DNA of 64,000 nt from contig CAJQPE010000002.1 of the NCBI GenBank assembly GCA_905480125.1, forward strand, positions 989 to 64,988, read 5' to 3'. This document shows, in pieces, positions 54,853 to 64,000 of the stretch. Every line of letters starts with the position of its first letter. Position 1 is the first letter of the stretch. The notes under the pieces are model-generated. The model did no database searches, was not told the origin of the DNA, and saw only the letters and a list, made by a program, of their open reading frames with translations. The DNA is from an uncultured Flavobacteriales bacterium (GTDB lineage Bacteria; Bacteroidota; Bacteroidia; Flavobacteriales_G; NORP312). The position numbers and the translations under genes were made by a program.

Positions 54853-55764
54853 TTACCTAAGGTTAAATATTAGTTTTCTAATATTCTCACTATTTTCCAT
54901 GTCACATATCATTCGTTCCTCAGGAGTATCAATAGTGTCCACACCATTCTTTCGATAGAAGTCTAGGCAAATATTTCCCGGGGTTAATAGAGTTTCCGCT
55001 AGCGTCCCAAATTCTTTATCAAATCCATCAACCGTTTCTAATAGCTCCTGAGAATAAAAAGACTTGAGGTCTGCTGTTTTTAACTCATTTGCAATTGTCT
55101 TCCTGTTCTCTGTAGAGTCATCATACCAATCAAATATGTCGTCCATATATTGACAACATGCGCCAAGCTTATAAAGTGCTTTTTCGTTTTTTAATTCTGC
55201 ATCCAACAAACTAAAAAGTAACAAGGCCGAGCACCCTCCTTTTTCTTCTGTAATTTTTCTAATTTCTTCTTTTGAAGTATTTGCAATAAGTTGCTTTTTG
55301 CTGTTTTCTTGTGCGTCCGTTAATTTTAAAAAACAGCTTAAAAACGACCGTTTTTTGTTCATTTTTTGAAAAAGTGGCCGATAAAACATCAAAAACATCA
55401 ATTCTTCGTCATTATATGGTTGTGTGCTCGGTTCCCTTAAAAGTAAAACTATTCTCTCTTTTGGGGTGTTCCTTTTATCAAACAAATCATCATATACAGG
55501 AGCGAGATGACTGAGTAAAACAATTCGCTCCAGCTCATCATCAAATATTCTTCTGCTAATTAATTTTTCAAAGCTCAAGCCCATCAATCCAAAGCTTTTT
55601 ACATATTGGCGTCCTCGGTTAAAGTGTTTCGACTTAAGTAAATACTGATTTTCTTGGTCTTGGAAGCCTAGCTTTTTATAGAGGCTTTTATAATCAAACG
55701 CCTCCAGCTTCTTTAAATACTTGCGGAGCTGCCAAGCTGATTTAATATTTGAAAATATTCCCAT
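54853..55764 (-). CDS. Hypothetical all-alpha protein with two DDxxD motifs
   Basis: The 303-aa protein has DDLFD at aa 92-96 (nt 55477-55491) and DDIFD at aa 208-212 (nt 55129-55143). It also has DDELE at 75-79 and DDSTE at 215-219. No family recognised with confidence. Confidence 0.5.
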   Translation of the reverse strand: MGIFSNIKSAWQLRKYLKKLEAFDYKSLYKKLGFQDQENQYLLKSKHFNRGRQYVKSFGLMGLSFEKLISRRIFDDELERIVLLSHLAPVYDDLFDKRNTPKERIVLLLREPSTQPYNDEELMFLMFYRPLFQKMNKKRSFLSCFLKLTDAQENSKKQLIANTSKEEIRKITEEKGGCSALLLFSLLDAELKNEKALYKLGACCQYMDDIFDWYDDSTENRKTIANELKTADLKSFYSQELLETVDGFDKEFGTLAETLLTPGNICLDFYRKNGVDTIDTPEERMICDMENSENIRKLIFNLR

Positions 55765-55779
55765 CTGCGCTGATAAAAG

Positions 55780-55787
55780 TACTTTTG
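55780..55787 (+). promoter_or_regulatory. Candidate -7 promoter box (TACTTTTG) for the thioredoxin-like gene
   Basis: It is an exact TAnnTTTG match, 9 nt upstream of the ATG at 55797, which implies a very short leader. Confidence 0.3.
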
Positions 55788-55796
55788 TTTATCGAA

Positions 55797-56306
55797 ATGT
55801 CATTCTTTAAGAAATATAAAAAGCCGATTGATCTACTTTTTTGGATTGTTCTTGTTGCTATTATTGCTTATAAATTTGGCTATCAACAAATGGCTCCGTC
55901 TATTACTTTCTCTGAGTTGTTATTAGTCAATGAAGCTGGTCAAAAATTTAGAATTGAAGATTATTCGGACCAAAATTTACTAATCAATTTTTACCAATCT
56001 TGGTGCGGACCATGCATTCAAGAAATGCCGTCTCTAAGTAATGCTTATCTAAAGTTAAAAAAAGATGACTTTGTTTTTATAGCCGTCTCTGACGAGCCAT
56101 TTAACTTAATTAACGAAGTGAAGTCGAGAACAGATGATCAAATGATATTTCTACAATCGAAACAAAGCTTCGATAAAATAGGTGTTCGTGCCTATCCAAC
56201 CAGTTACCTGATTAACAAAAAGGGAGAAATTGTTTTCGAAAAGGTTGGACGAGAACAATGGGATTCCCCTGAAATGGAGGCACATTTTCGGGAACTAGTT
56301 CAATAA
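55797..56306 (+). CDS. Membrane-anchored TlpA/ResA-like thiol-disulfide oxidoreductase
   Basis: It has an N-terminal TM helix and YQSWCGPCIQEMP (CxxC) in a thioredoxin fold. I take the start at MSFFKKYKK (ATG 55797). Confidence 0.75.
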   Translation: MSFFKKYKKPIDLLFWIVLVAIIAYKFGYQQMAPSITFSELLLVNEAGQKFRIEDYSDQNLLINFYQSWCGPCIQEMPSLSNAYLKLKKDDFVFIAVSDEPFNLINEVKSRTDDQMIFLQSKQSFDKIGVRAYPTSYLINKKGEIVFEKVGREQWDSPEMEAHFRELVQ

Positions 56307-56391
56307 TCTTTTGCATTTTTGACTCTTATGTTTTTTCATACTATCATGGTTGCTTTTTGCCTCGTGAAAACGTATTAAAAAATAATTATTT

Positions 56392-59300
56392 ATGATTAAT
56401 TTATCCTTCAAAAACCCTTATTTAATAATAGTCCTAGCAGTTGTCGTGCTTGTTCTTTCTGGGGTTTTGATTCCTAGAATGCCTATTGATGTTCTTCCGC
56501 AATTTAAAAAATCTGCCATGCAGATTTTAACCCTCTACCCAGGAATGCCGGCTGAGGTCGTTGAAAAAGATATCACAAGCCGGATGGAGCGTTGGACGGG
56601 ACAATCTCCAGGGATTGAGAAACAGTTGTCAAAAAGTTTAATGGGCGTGAGTATTGTTACCAACTATTATGGTGAAGATGTTGATCCCGCAGAAGCTATG
56701 GCGAATACTTCTGCTTATGCCATGAGCGATATGTACTATCAGCCTCCGGGCACATTGCCGCCAATGGTTCAGCCATTTGACCCTACAGCAAGTAAGCCGT
56801 TAATGTTGCTTACTGTTAGCAGTAAAATAAAAAGTGGGAAAGAATTATACGGTATTGCATATTATAACCTGCGACAAATGCTTAGCGGTGTGCCTGGAAT
56901 TGTTGCTCCAGCAGCTTATGGTGGCACAAAAAGAAGGGTTCACATTTATGTTAATCCTGTTAAGCTTGAAGCTTTAGGTATTTCTCAAACGGAAATAAAT
57001 GATGCTATTAAAGAAAATACCACAATGATTCCTTCTGGTATAGCCGAAATCGGAATAATGAATTATGCCATAGATGCTAAGGGGATGATTATTGATGTAG
57101 ATGATTTCAATGATATTGTAATCACTTACAAAAATGGAAAACCAATTTATGTTAAAGATGTTGGCCATGCGGAAGATGCAAGCGTAATCCAAACCAATAT
57201 TGCACGGGTTGATGGCAAAAGCCAAGTATACCTCCCTATTTTTAAACGACCTGGCGCAAATACAATTGAATCTGTAAACGGTGTAAAAAATGCACTACCT
57301 CAATTAAAAGAAAGAATGCCAAAAGACGTTAATCTAGATGTAATTTTTGATCAAAGCTCCTATGTTCGTAACTCAATCTCTGGACTTGCCAATGCTGGTA
57401 TAGGTGGGTTAGTGCTTGTGGTTATTGTATTGGTTCTTTTCTTAGGAAATTTTCGTTCCGCACTGGTCGTGTCGATCAGCCTACCACTTTCTATTCTTTT
57501 CTCATTTATCGTATTGTCTATGACTGGACAGGCGATTAACAGTATTACATTAGGTGGAATCGCTTTAGTTCTTGGGCTATTGGTTGATAATTCCATTGTT
57601 GTTTTGGAAAACATCGACCGCCACTTAAAAATGGGTAAATCTGCGTGGCAAGGAGCGCTCGATGCTGCGCAAGAAGTCGCAACGCCAGTACTGGCTTCAA
57701 CGCTCGTAATTATCGTGGTATTCTTTCCTGTAGTTTTCTTAACCGGAATGGCTAAGTTTTTGTTCTCTCCGTTGGCTATCACCGTTGCAGGAGCGATGTT
57801 AGGGTCTTACTTGTTCTCTTTAACACTAGTGCCTTTGGCCGCTGCCTATTTGTTCAAAAATAAACTTCCCGAAGCTGGAGAACAAACGCAGTCTATGAGT
57901 TTTTTCCAACGATTTGTTGAATTTCTACGCGTCAAGTATGAAGGCAGCTTGGTTACTGCTCTAAATTACAAATGGGGAGTTTTAGCTGCCGTTGCGGGGC
58001 TGTTTGTTTTTTCATTATTCGTAATGAAAAATAAATTGGGCTATGAGCTGTTCCCTCAGTCTGATGTTGGGCAAATGGAAATTATGGTTCGGATGGAGTC
58101 AGGTACTCCGCTTAAAACAACAGAGCAAACCATTATCGAAATGGAGGAAGTTTTAAGAAAAGAGCTGGGAACAGATTTAGAGCAATTAATTTCGAACATT
58201 GGTGTGTTTTACGACCTACCGGCGGCATATACTCCAAATTCCGGAACTCAAGATGCATTTATAGGTATTCAACTTACTCCTGAACACCAAACTAGCACCT
58301 TCAGTTATGCCGGTCGATTAAGGGAGCTATTAACCGATAAATTTCCTGGGATAGAGCTTAGTTTTAATACGGGAGGATTAATCACCGCCGCTCTTAATGA
58401 TGGCAAGCCAGCTCCAATTGACGTGCAAATAATAGGAAATAATCTTCAGGAATTAAGAAAAATAGCTGAACGCATTAGAGATACCATTACAGATATTACA
58501 GCGACTAGAGATGTGCGGATACTTCAACGAATTGACCAACCGACAAAAGACATTGATATTGACAGAATAAAAGCAGCAGAACTTGGCGTTAAGCCTGTAG
58601 ACGCCATTAAAAACATGGTGTCGGCGTTAAATTCTTCTGCAACTTTCGATAAAGCATTTTGGATTGATGAAAAAAATGGAAACCATTACTATGTTGGCGT
58701 TACTTACCCCGAGCACCTAATTAATGATGAGTATATCCTTTCTAATGTTAACGTGTCTAGCCAAACTCATGACAAACCGGTTCCTTTTAGAAGCTTCTCG
58801 AAGATTAGCGAATCTACCAACCCGGTTGAAATAAATCACTACAAACTTCAAAGAGTTTTCAATGTGTATGCCAATGTTGAAGGGTCTGATATTGGTTCTG
58901 TGTCGAACGAAATTCAGCGGAGAGTTGATGCAATGAAATTTCCTAAGGGGTATAAAGTTAATTTTCAAGGTGAAATTGCATTGATGAGAACCTCTTTTTC
59001 TGACCTTGGCATAGGAATGGGGCTAGCTGTGCTTTTGGCCTTTCTAATTATCATACCTCTATTTCGATCATTTCGTCAGCCGCTAATTATTATTATGGCT
59101 TTCCCTTTGGGAATAATTGGTGTAGCGCTACTCATGTGGGTAACCGATACCAATCTAAATATTCAGTCACTCATGGGTATTATAATGATGATTGGCATCG
59201 CTGTGTCGTATGGAAATATTCTTATTGACAGAATTAACGGGTTAATTACAGAGGGTCAAGAAAAAGGCGAAGCAATTATTAGCGGTGCTACGGATCGGTT

Positions 59301-59499
59301 TCGTCCTGTTTTGATGACTGCCGGAACCACCATTTTCGGATTATTGCCTACAGCAATGGCAACAAGCGCGGGAACAGAAGCCAATGTTCCTTTGGCAATT
59401 GCAGTAATTGGAGGAACATTCATGGCGACCCTGCTTACTTTGTATATAATTCCTATTCTTTACTTATTGATTGCAAAAAATAAAACCGACAAAGAATGA
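56392..59499 (+). CDS. RND efflux transporter permease (AcrB/CzcA family)
   Basis: The 1035-aa protein has a 12-TM layout with two large periplasmic loops and the conserved GGIALVLGLLVDNSIVVLENI segment. Confidence 0.88.
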   Translation: MINLSFKNPYLIIVLAVVVLVLSGVLIPRMPIDVLPQFKKSAMQILTLYPGMPAEVVEKDITSRMERWTGQSPGIEKQLSKSLMGVSIVTNYYGEDVDPAEAMANTSAYAMSDMYYQPPGTLPPMVQPFDPTASKPLMLLTVSSKIKSGKELYGIAYYNLRQMLSGVPGIVAPAAYGGTKRRVHIYVNPVKLEALGISQTEINDAIKENTTMIPSGIAEIGIMNYAIDAKGMIIDVDDFNDIVITYKNGKPIYVKDVGHAEDASVIQTNIARVDGKSQVYLPIFKRPGANTIESVNGVKNALPQLKERMPKDVNLDVIFDQSSYVRNSISGLANAGIGGLVLVVIVLVLFLGNFRSALVVSISLPLSILFSFIVLSMTGQAINSITLGGIALVLGLLVDNSIVVLENIDRHLKMGKSAWQGALDAAQEVATPVLASTLVIIVVFFPVVFLTGMAKFLFSPLAITVAGAMLGSYLFSLTLVPLAAAYLFKNKLPEAGEQTQSMSFFQRFVEFLRVKYEGSLVTALNYKWGVLAAVAGLFVFSLFVMKNKLGYELFPQSDVGQMEIMVRMESGTPLKTTEQTIIEMEEVLRKELGTDLEQLISNIGVFYDLPAAYTPNSGTQDAFIGIQLTPEHQTSTFSYAGRLRELLTDKFPGIELSFNTGGLITAALNDGKPAPIDVQIIGNNLQELRKIAERIRDTITDITATRDVRILQRIDQPTKDIDIDRIKAAELGVKPVDAIKNMVSALNSSATFDKAFWIDEKNGNHYYVGVTYPEHLINDEYILSNVNVSSQTHDKPVPFRSFSKISESTNPVEINHYKLQRVFNVYANVEGSDIGSVSNEIQRRVDAMKFPKGYKVNFQGEIALMRTSFSDLGIGMGLAVLLAFLIIIPLFRSFRQPLIIIMAFPLGIIGVALLMWVTDTNLNIQSLMGIIMMIGIAVSYGNILIDRINGLITEGQEKGEAIISGATDRFRPVLMTAGTTIFGLLPTAMATSAGTEANVPLAIAVIGGTFMATLLTLYIIPILYLLIAKNKTDKE

Positions 59500-60593
59500 T
59501 GAAAAGAAATAAAAATCAACTGCTCATATCCTTATTGATCTCTGTCGTTTTATTATGTTCTTGCGGAAATAAAGAGCATGAGGTGGATTCCTCTGCGAAG
59601 GAGGATAAAATGATTAGCCAGCTTCAGTCAGTGGAAGTAGTAAATCCTATAGAAAGGTCATTCACTGCCAATATTTTAATTACGGGAACGGCCGAACCCA
59701 ATCAGAAGGTTACTATTTATGCAATGGAGAGTGGTTATGTGCAAAACATCTTGGTTGACATCGGTGATGTTGTTGCTAAAGGTGCTGTAATTGCAGAATT
59801 GTCGAACCCAGAGCTGCTCAGACAATTAGAAGAGAAAGAGGCTCAATTAAGTGCTAATGAGTCCACCTATAAGAGATTAAGCTCAATTCAAGAAAAAACC
59901 CCGGCATTAACCACAATCCAGCTAGTGGAGGACGCTGAAGCAAATTATCTTACCACTAAAGCCGCTGTTTCTTCTATTCAAGATCGCTTACGTTTTTTGC
60001 AGGTCAAAGCCCCCTTTAGCGGAAAAGTCACCAAACGTATGATTGATAATGGTGCACTAATTCAGAGCGGACTGACCCAAAGTCGTCCCCAAGGGATTAT
60101 TGAATTGCAAGATGTTAACCCAATAAGGTTAACCATTCCTCTGCCAGAATCTGATATCGTTTCTATAAATAAAGGCACTGAGGTTGATGTTTCTTTCCCT
60201 GAGCTGCCGGGAGCACTATTAAAGGCTAAAGTGAGCAGAATGGCCGGTGCGCTAGACCCTGCCTCTAAAACTCTTCTCGTAGAAATAGACCTAGATAATT
60301 CAGATGATAAAATTAAACCTGGCATGTATGCTAAAGCCTTAGTTAAGGTAAATAGCCGAAAGGGCGTTATTTCTCTTCCGGTTACGGCGCAGTCCATTTT
60401 CCAAAATCAGCCAGTTGTTTTAATAGTAAACAACAACGAAGTCGAGCAAGTTTCTTTACGAAAAGGCTTGGCGGGAAAAGATTATTTTGAAGTATTAAAT
60501 CCAGAGATAAACGCTAATTCTTTGGTTATCGTTCAAGGAAAAGGGCTGGTAAAGGCTGGCCAAATTGTAACTCCCGTATTAAAAAACGAGTAG
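59496..60593 (+). CDS. RND efflux periplasmic adaptor (membrane fusion protein)
   Basis: It has a lipobox (LLCSCG), a lipoyl/hairpin/beta-barrel pattern (VKAPFSGKVTKR, KPGMYAK) and an ATGA overlap with the permease stop. Confidence 0.8.
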   Translation: MMKRNKNQLLISLLISVVLLCSCGNKEHEVDSSAKEDKMISQLQSVEVVNPIERSFTANILITGTAEPNQKVTIYAMESGYVQNILVDIGDVVAKGAVIAELSNPELLRQLEEKEAQLSANESTYKRLSSIQEKTPALTTIQLVEDAEANYLTTKAAVSSIQDRLRFLQVKAPFSGKVTKRMIDNGALIQSGLTQSRPQGIIELQDVNPIRLTIPLPESDIVSINKGTEVDVSFPELPGALLKAKVSRMAGALDPASKTLLVEIDLDNSDDKIKPGMYAKALVKVNSRKGVISLPVTAQSIFQNQPVVLIVNNNEVEQVSLRKGLAGKDYFEVLNPEINANSLVIVQGKGLVKAGQIVTPVLKNE

Positions 60594-60596
60594 AGA

Positions 60597-61910
60597 ATGA
60601 GTCAACCTATACAGTCTGCTAAACTCCTTTTATTTATTCTGTTTTTCGGAATGTCATCGATGGTTCTATCACAAGATAGTTTAGTTCCTATTAATTTGGA
60701 AACGGTACTTAAACTTGGGGGAGCAAACAATCTCACTATTAAAGAATATAAATTAAGACACGAGCTTGCTTTGGCTGATGTTGCGAAAGCAAAAGAGTGG
60801 TGGCTACCAGACTTATATGCGGGTACTTCTATTCATCAATTATGGGGAAACGCCATGAATGGTAATGGGGCATTTTTTACTGATGTTAACCGTCAAAATT
60901 TTTGGGGGGGGCTTGGTGTTAATGCGTGTTGGGATTTTGGAACGGGTTTGTATCTTACCGATGCAGCAAAATTAAATACACAAGCGGTTTCGTTCGCATC
61001 GGAAGCGGAGCGGAATAAAGCTTTGCTAATGACGATAGAAACCTATTATGATTTCCTTGTCACTCAGCTCTACTCCAAAGAATATTCACAATTGGCTAAA
61101 CAGGCTGGGATAATTGCAGCTCAAATCGAAATGCAAGTTGCAGCCGGTTTGCTATATGACTCGGAATTACTATTAGCGCAGAGCAACTTCAGCCATCTGC
61201 AGGTCCAGATGATGTCCGCTCGTATGAAACACAATAATCAAGCTGCATTGCTAATACAATTACTAAACCTAGATCCTAAAACTCAGTTAGTCTGCATTGA
61301 CAGCTTGCTTGTGCCTATAAAGTTAATAGGTCTGGAGAAAAGTTTAGATGGTTCTATTGAACCTATCTATCAAAAAAGACCAGAGTTAAAAAGCATGGAC
61401 TTGAGTTTGCAGGCATTAAATGCAGCCAAGAAAACTACTACTACCGGCCTTCTTCTGCCTAAGTTTAGTATAGGTGGATACGGGTCATACTTTGGTGGTG
61501 CGTTTTCTCCTTTTGGACCAACTAGCGAAATTAATGCCTCTCTTATTTGGACGGTTCCTGCGGGGAGGCTTATTTATGCTGGAGAGCTAAAACACTACGA
61601 TGCTCGAATTGCATTGCAAGAAAATGAAATTTTACAAGCAAAAGCAAGTATTAATAAGGCTGTCATCAGCTCCCGCGCACAAATCTTGTTGGCAAAACAA
61701 CAATTAGATATTGCTTTAGCGGGTAGTAAGTTAGCTGAAAAAGCCATGAAGCAATGTCTGCAAAGACAAAGCCTTGGTACCGTTCGTCCGTTTGAAATTT
61801 TACAAGCACAAGAAGTGTATATCAAATCCAGATTAGATTTCCTTACCTCTGTTTCCCTATATAACAAAGCGCAATATCAGCTTTTTGTTGCCGAAGGCAA
61901 CAACCTTTAG
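60597..61910 (+). CDS. TolC-family outer-membrane efflux protein
   Basis: It has a signal peptide and the two-repeat coiled-coil/barrel pattern typical of OEP proteins. Its start is 3 nt after the adaptor stop. Confidence 0.75.
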   Translation: MSQPIQSAKLLLFILFFGMSSMVLSQDSLVPINLETVLKLGGANNLTIKEYKLRHELALADVAKAKEWWLPDLYAGTSIHQLWGNAMNGNGAFFTDVNRQNFWGGLGVNACWDFGTGLYLTDAAKLNTQAVSFASEAERNKALLMTIETYYDFLVTQLYSKEYSQLAKQAGIIAAQIEMQVAAGLLYDSELLLAQSNFSHLQVQMMSARMKHNNQAALLIQLLNLDPKTQLVCIDSLLVPIKLIGLEKSLDGSIEPIYQKRPELKSMDLSLQALNAAKKTTTTGLLLPKFSIGGYGSYFGGAFSPFGPTSEINASLIWTVPAGRLIYAGELKHYDARIALQENEILQAKASINKAVISSRAQILLAKQQLDIALAGSKLAEKAMKQCLQRQSLGTVRPFEILQAQEVYIKSRLDFLTSVSLYNKAQYQLFVAEGNNL

Positions 61911-62063
61911 ATTTTTTGATTTCGAAAATATTACCTCTTCCGCTCTTCAATTGGTTGGCTCGTTAACTAACTATTTCTGCAGCGGATAAGTGATTTCTTC
62001 TTTTGCATATAGCATATACGATTCATTTTTTTTGTGTTTCTCTATTCATCGTATCTTTGCTGA

Positions 62064-62582
62064 ATGAAAATTTATGTATTAGCTCTCTCTTTCGTTATGA
62101 CTGTCTTCACTGTTTATGCTCAGGGACCAATGGCCAATGGCCCTGCCGGGACAAGCGAAGAATCTGAATGGCAAACAATTAATTTAGGCGGTGGTGTAAT
62201 TTACGAAGGCTATATGCTGCATGGGAATTTTAATGGTGATGGTACCATGATTTATCAAGACTCTAGCATGTATTCTGGAGAATGGAAAGATGGCTTAAGA
62301 AACGGAACGGGAACAATGAACTGGAGAAACGGAGGCGTTTACCAAGGTAAATGGAAAGAAGATTTAATGCAGGGTAGGGGAACCATGCGGTGGAAAAATG
62401 GAAATTTATTTGTGGGTCATTTTGAAAACAGTAAACCCTCGGGAAAAGGGACAATGATCTATGCTGATGGATCTAAGCATGTGGGCCTGTTTACCAATGG
62501 TGTGCCTAACGGGAAAGGGAAAAGTAAAACTATTGATGGTGTTGTCGAAAAAGGCATTTGGGTAAATGGTGCCAAACAATAA
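62064..62582 (+). CDS. Secreted MORN-repeat protein
   Basis: It has a signal peptide (VFTVYAQG). It then has about five tandem units of the type Y.G.W..G...G.G (YSGEWKDGLRNGTGT, YQGKWKEDLMQGRGT, FVGHFENSKPSGKGT). Confidence 0.75.
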   Translation: MKIYVLALSFVMTVFTVYAQGPMANGPAGTSEESEWQTINLGGGVIYEGYMLHGNFNGDGTMIYQDSSMYSGEWKDGLRNGTGTMNWRNGGVYQGKWKEDLMQGRGTMRWKNGNLFVGHFENSKPSGKGTMIYADGSKHVGLFTNGVPNGKGKSKTIDGVVEKGIWVNGAKQ

Positions 62583-63207
62583 TTTTTATCGCATATTTCT
62601 TTGGGTTGAGTTAACGCTGCTATTTGTTCTTATTCCAGTGGCTATTAGCCAAGCTATCCCGACATGGATTAAGATTGCTGCTGTTTTGTTGGGAGTTGCT
62701 TATGTGATTTACGTTTCTAATAAAGTTGGCCTATTAAAGCTGCGATTCTTTCCCGCTGTGTTTTCTTCTGTGGGCAAAAGGTCTTCTTTAATCTGCCTCC
62801 TTGTATTTGTCGTTGCAACTACTGCTTGCGGTTATTCTCTTGAACCCTCCCTTTTGTTTCAGTTCCCCCTACGAAGGCCTTTAATGTGGCTAGGCATCTG
62901 TTTAGGCTATTCTTTATTTTTTGCCTTTCCTTTAGAGTTTATCTATCGTGTTTTCTTCTATAATCGTTACCGCGCATTGTTCGGAACGCACTTTGTTTTT
63001 GTGCTTTACAACTCGTTACTTTTCGCTTTAGCTCATTTGATGTTTGGTAATAACCTCGTTCTAGTAATAGCTTTTATTGGTGGGCTACTCTTCAATTACT
63101 CTTACTCGAAAAACCAATCTTATCTCCTTGTAGGTATTGAACACAGCGTTTACGGTTGCTGGCTATTTACAATCGGAATGACTGAATTGCTGGCGCTCCC
63201 CAACTAA
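62566..63207 (+). CDS. CPBP-family (CAAX/Abi-type) intramembrane protease-like protein
   Basis: It is a multi-TM protein with PLEFIYRVFF (ExxxR region) and LLFALAHLMF (FxxxH). Its start overlaps the MORN gene end by 17 nt. Confidence 0.65.
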   Translation: MVPNNNFYRIFLWVELTLLFVLIPVAISQAIPTWIKIAAVLLGVAYVIYVSNKVGLLKLRFFPAVFSSVGKRSSLICLLVFVVATTACGYSLEPSLLFQFPLRRPLMWLGICLGYSLFFAFPLEFIYRVFFYNRYRALFGTHFVFVLYNSLLFALAHLMFGNNLVLVIAFIGGLLFNYSYSKNQSYLLVGIEHSVYGCWLFTIGMTELLALPN

Positions 63208-63414
63208 TAAATCCAGGCAAGACAAACGGTTAATACAATGTCGTCATTTGTTAGGGTGATCGATGCTGGGGTAGATTCAACATGATCGGTGCCCATAAAA
63301 GAAAGGGCTCCAATAGCATCATCAGTATCTGGGAGGGTTGTTGGCTGTGGAGGTATAGTATAACTAATGATTAGGCGCGCATAACAATGGGCTTAGTTAT
63401 TCAATAATACTTAA

Positions 63415-64000
63415 TCAAATAACTTCCCTTTTTGGAATTTCATTCATCGCTCTTTCGGCAATTGCAGTTATTGAAAGAGCTGGATTTACGCCAGGATTAG
63501 CAGAAATCATAGAGCCATCAATCACATACATATCACGATACCCAAAAACACGATTGTCTTTATCGATTACGCCCGTTTCTTTGTTCTCGCCCATAACTGC
63601 GCCACCTAATATGTGCGCTGTTGAAGGAATTCCAGCAATAGATTCAAGGGCGAAAGATGACGGTTTACCTTTTGTTATTTGGCTATATTTTTTGGTTAAT
63701 TCAATAGATTCCTTAATAAATGGGGTTGGTGGTTTGCCTTGTCCTATAGATGAGCTCATCAACCCAAAAATGTTTCTTTTAAATTTAAGAGTGCTGTCTA
63801 TTGTTTGCATAAAAAGCAATACCACCGTGGTTTTAGACCAGCTATTAAGAACATACATTTTTACATAGGCCCAGGGCGACCTTATTAGTATTGATGCTGT
63901 TTTAAACAATCTACTCCAGGCATTATTCCCCACAGAATATGGTAAATGAAATAATTTCCAAAACCCAGACCCTTCTGAATATCTAACAACTTCTAGGTGA
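63415..64000 (-). CDS. GMC-family (cholesterol/choline oxidase-like) oxidoreductase, C-terminal part only; N-terminus lies beyond the window
   Basis: The motifs STAHILGGAVMG and MYVIDGSMISANPGVNPALSITAIAERA are typical of the GMC C-terminal domain. The minus-strand frame stays open from 63933 to nt 64000, so the listed start is an artefact. Confidence 0.7.
   Translation of the reverse strand, partial: HLEVVRYSEGSGFWKLFHLPYSVGNNAWSRLFKTASILIRSPWAYVKMYVLNSWSKTTVVLLFMQTIDSTLKFKRNIFGLMSSSIGQGKPPTPFIKESIELTKKYSQITKGKPSSFALESIAGIPSTAHILGGAVMGENKETGVIDKDNRVFGYRDMYVIDGSMISANPGVNPALSITAIAERAMNEIPKREVI

Noticed and set aside
56392-61910. The unusual gene order permease-adaptor-OMP in the RND efflux triplet.
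   Set aside because: Gene order in RND operons varies among lineages and all three components look intact, so it is not noteworthy on its own.
63208-63414. A 207-nt spacer whose minus strand has a ~60-codon stop-free frame (…YTIPPQPTTLPDTDDAIGALSFMGTDHVESTPASITLTNDDIVLTVCLAWIY*).
   Set aside because: It has no plausible start codon, no motif and falls below the ORF track threshold. It could be a gene remnant, but I cannot support that.

Overview
This is an AT-rich chromosomal segment that looks like a Bacteroidota genome, probably of the Flavobacteriia/Cytophagia type. Three things support that: a SprB-repeat protein with a T9SS C-terminal sorting domain, several exact TAnnTTTG -7 boxes upstream of genes, and the overall gene content. 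I call about 53 protein-coding genes at high coding density. Most are housekeeping: lysS, trpS, glnS, hemA, a hemC-hemD fusion, hemB, mrcA-like PBP1A, scoAB, lipB, hflX, gpsA, uvrC, rnr, folB, plsC and add. There is also an RND efflux triplet and several secreted or outer-membrane proteins. I found no rRNA, tRNA, CRISPR array, transposase or integrase. The stand-out region is a tightly coupled nine-gene minus-strand operon at 37104-45337. It encodes a SAM methyltransferase, a chalcone-synthase-type (type III) PKS, a FabL-like SDR, a FabZ/FabA-like dehydratase, a FabF/B-like ketosynthase, an ACP, a PPTase, an MMPL exporter and an orphan lipoprotein. I read it as a candidate self-contained pathway for an exported methylated phenolic lipid (alkylresorcinol or alkylpyrone type). 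Its acyl starter would be built on a dedicated ACP rather than by a type I FAS. Secondary curiosities are listed below.
- A beta-barrel/Ig-like protein carries duplicated Cys/His motif modules.
- A 303-aa helical orphan has two DDxxD motifs.
- An amidohydrolase pair keeps only one of three metal-binding motifs.
- PBP1A carries a Cys4 insert.
- A possible displaced relic of the lysS 3' end lies downstream of lysS.
- A TolC-like gene contains a G8 tract.
- Convergent genes share TTAA stop codons.
All calls come from reading the translated ORFs and the DNA by eye. No searches were run.
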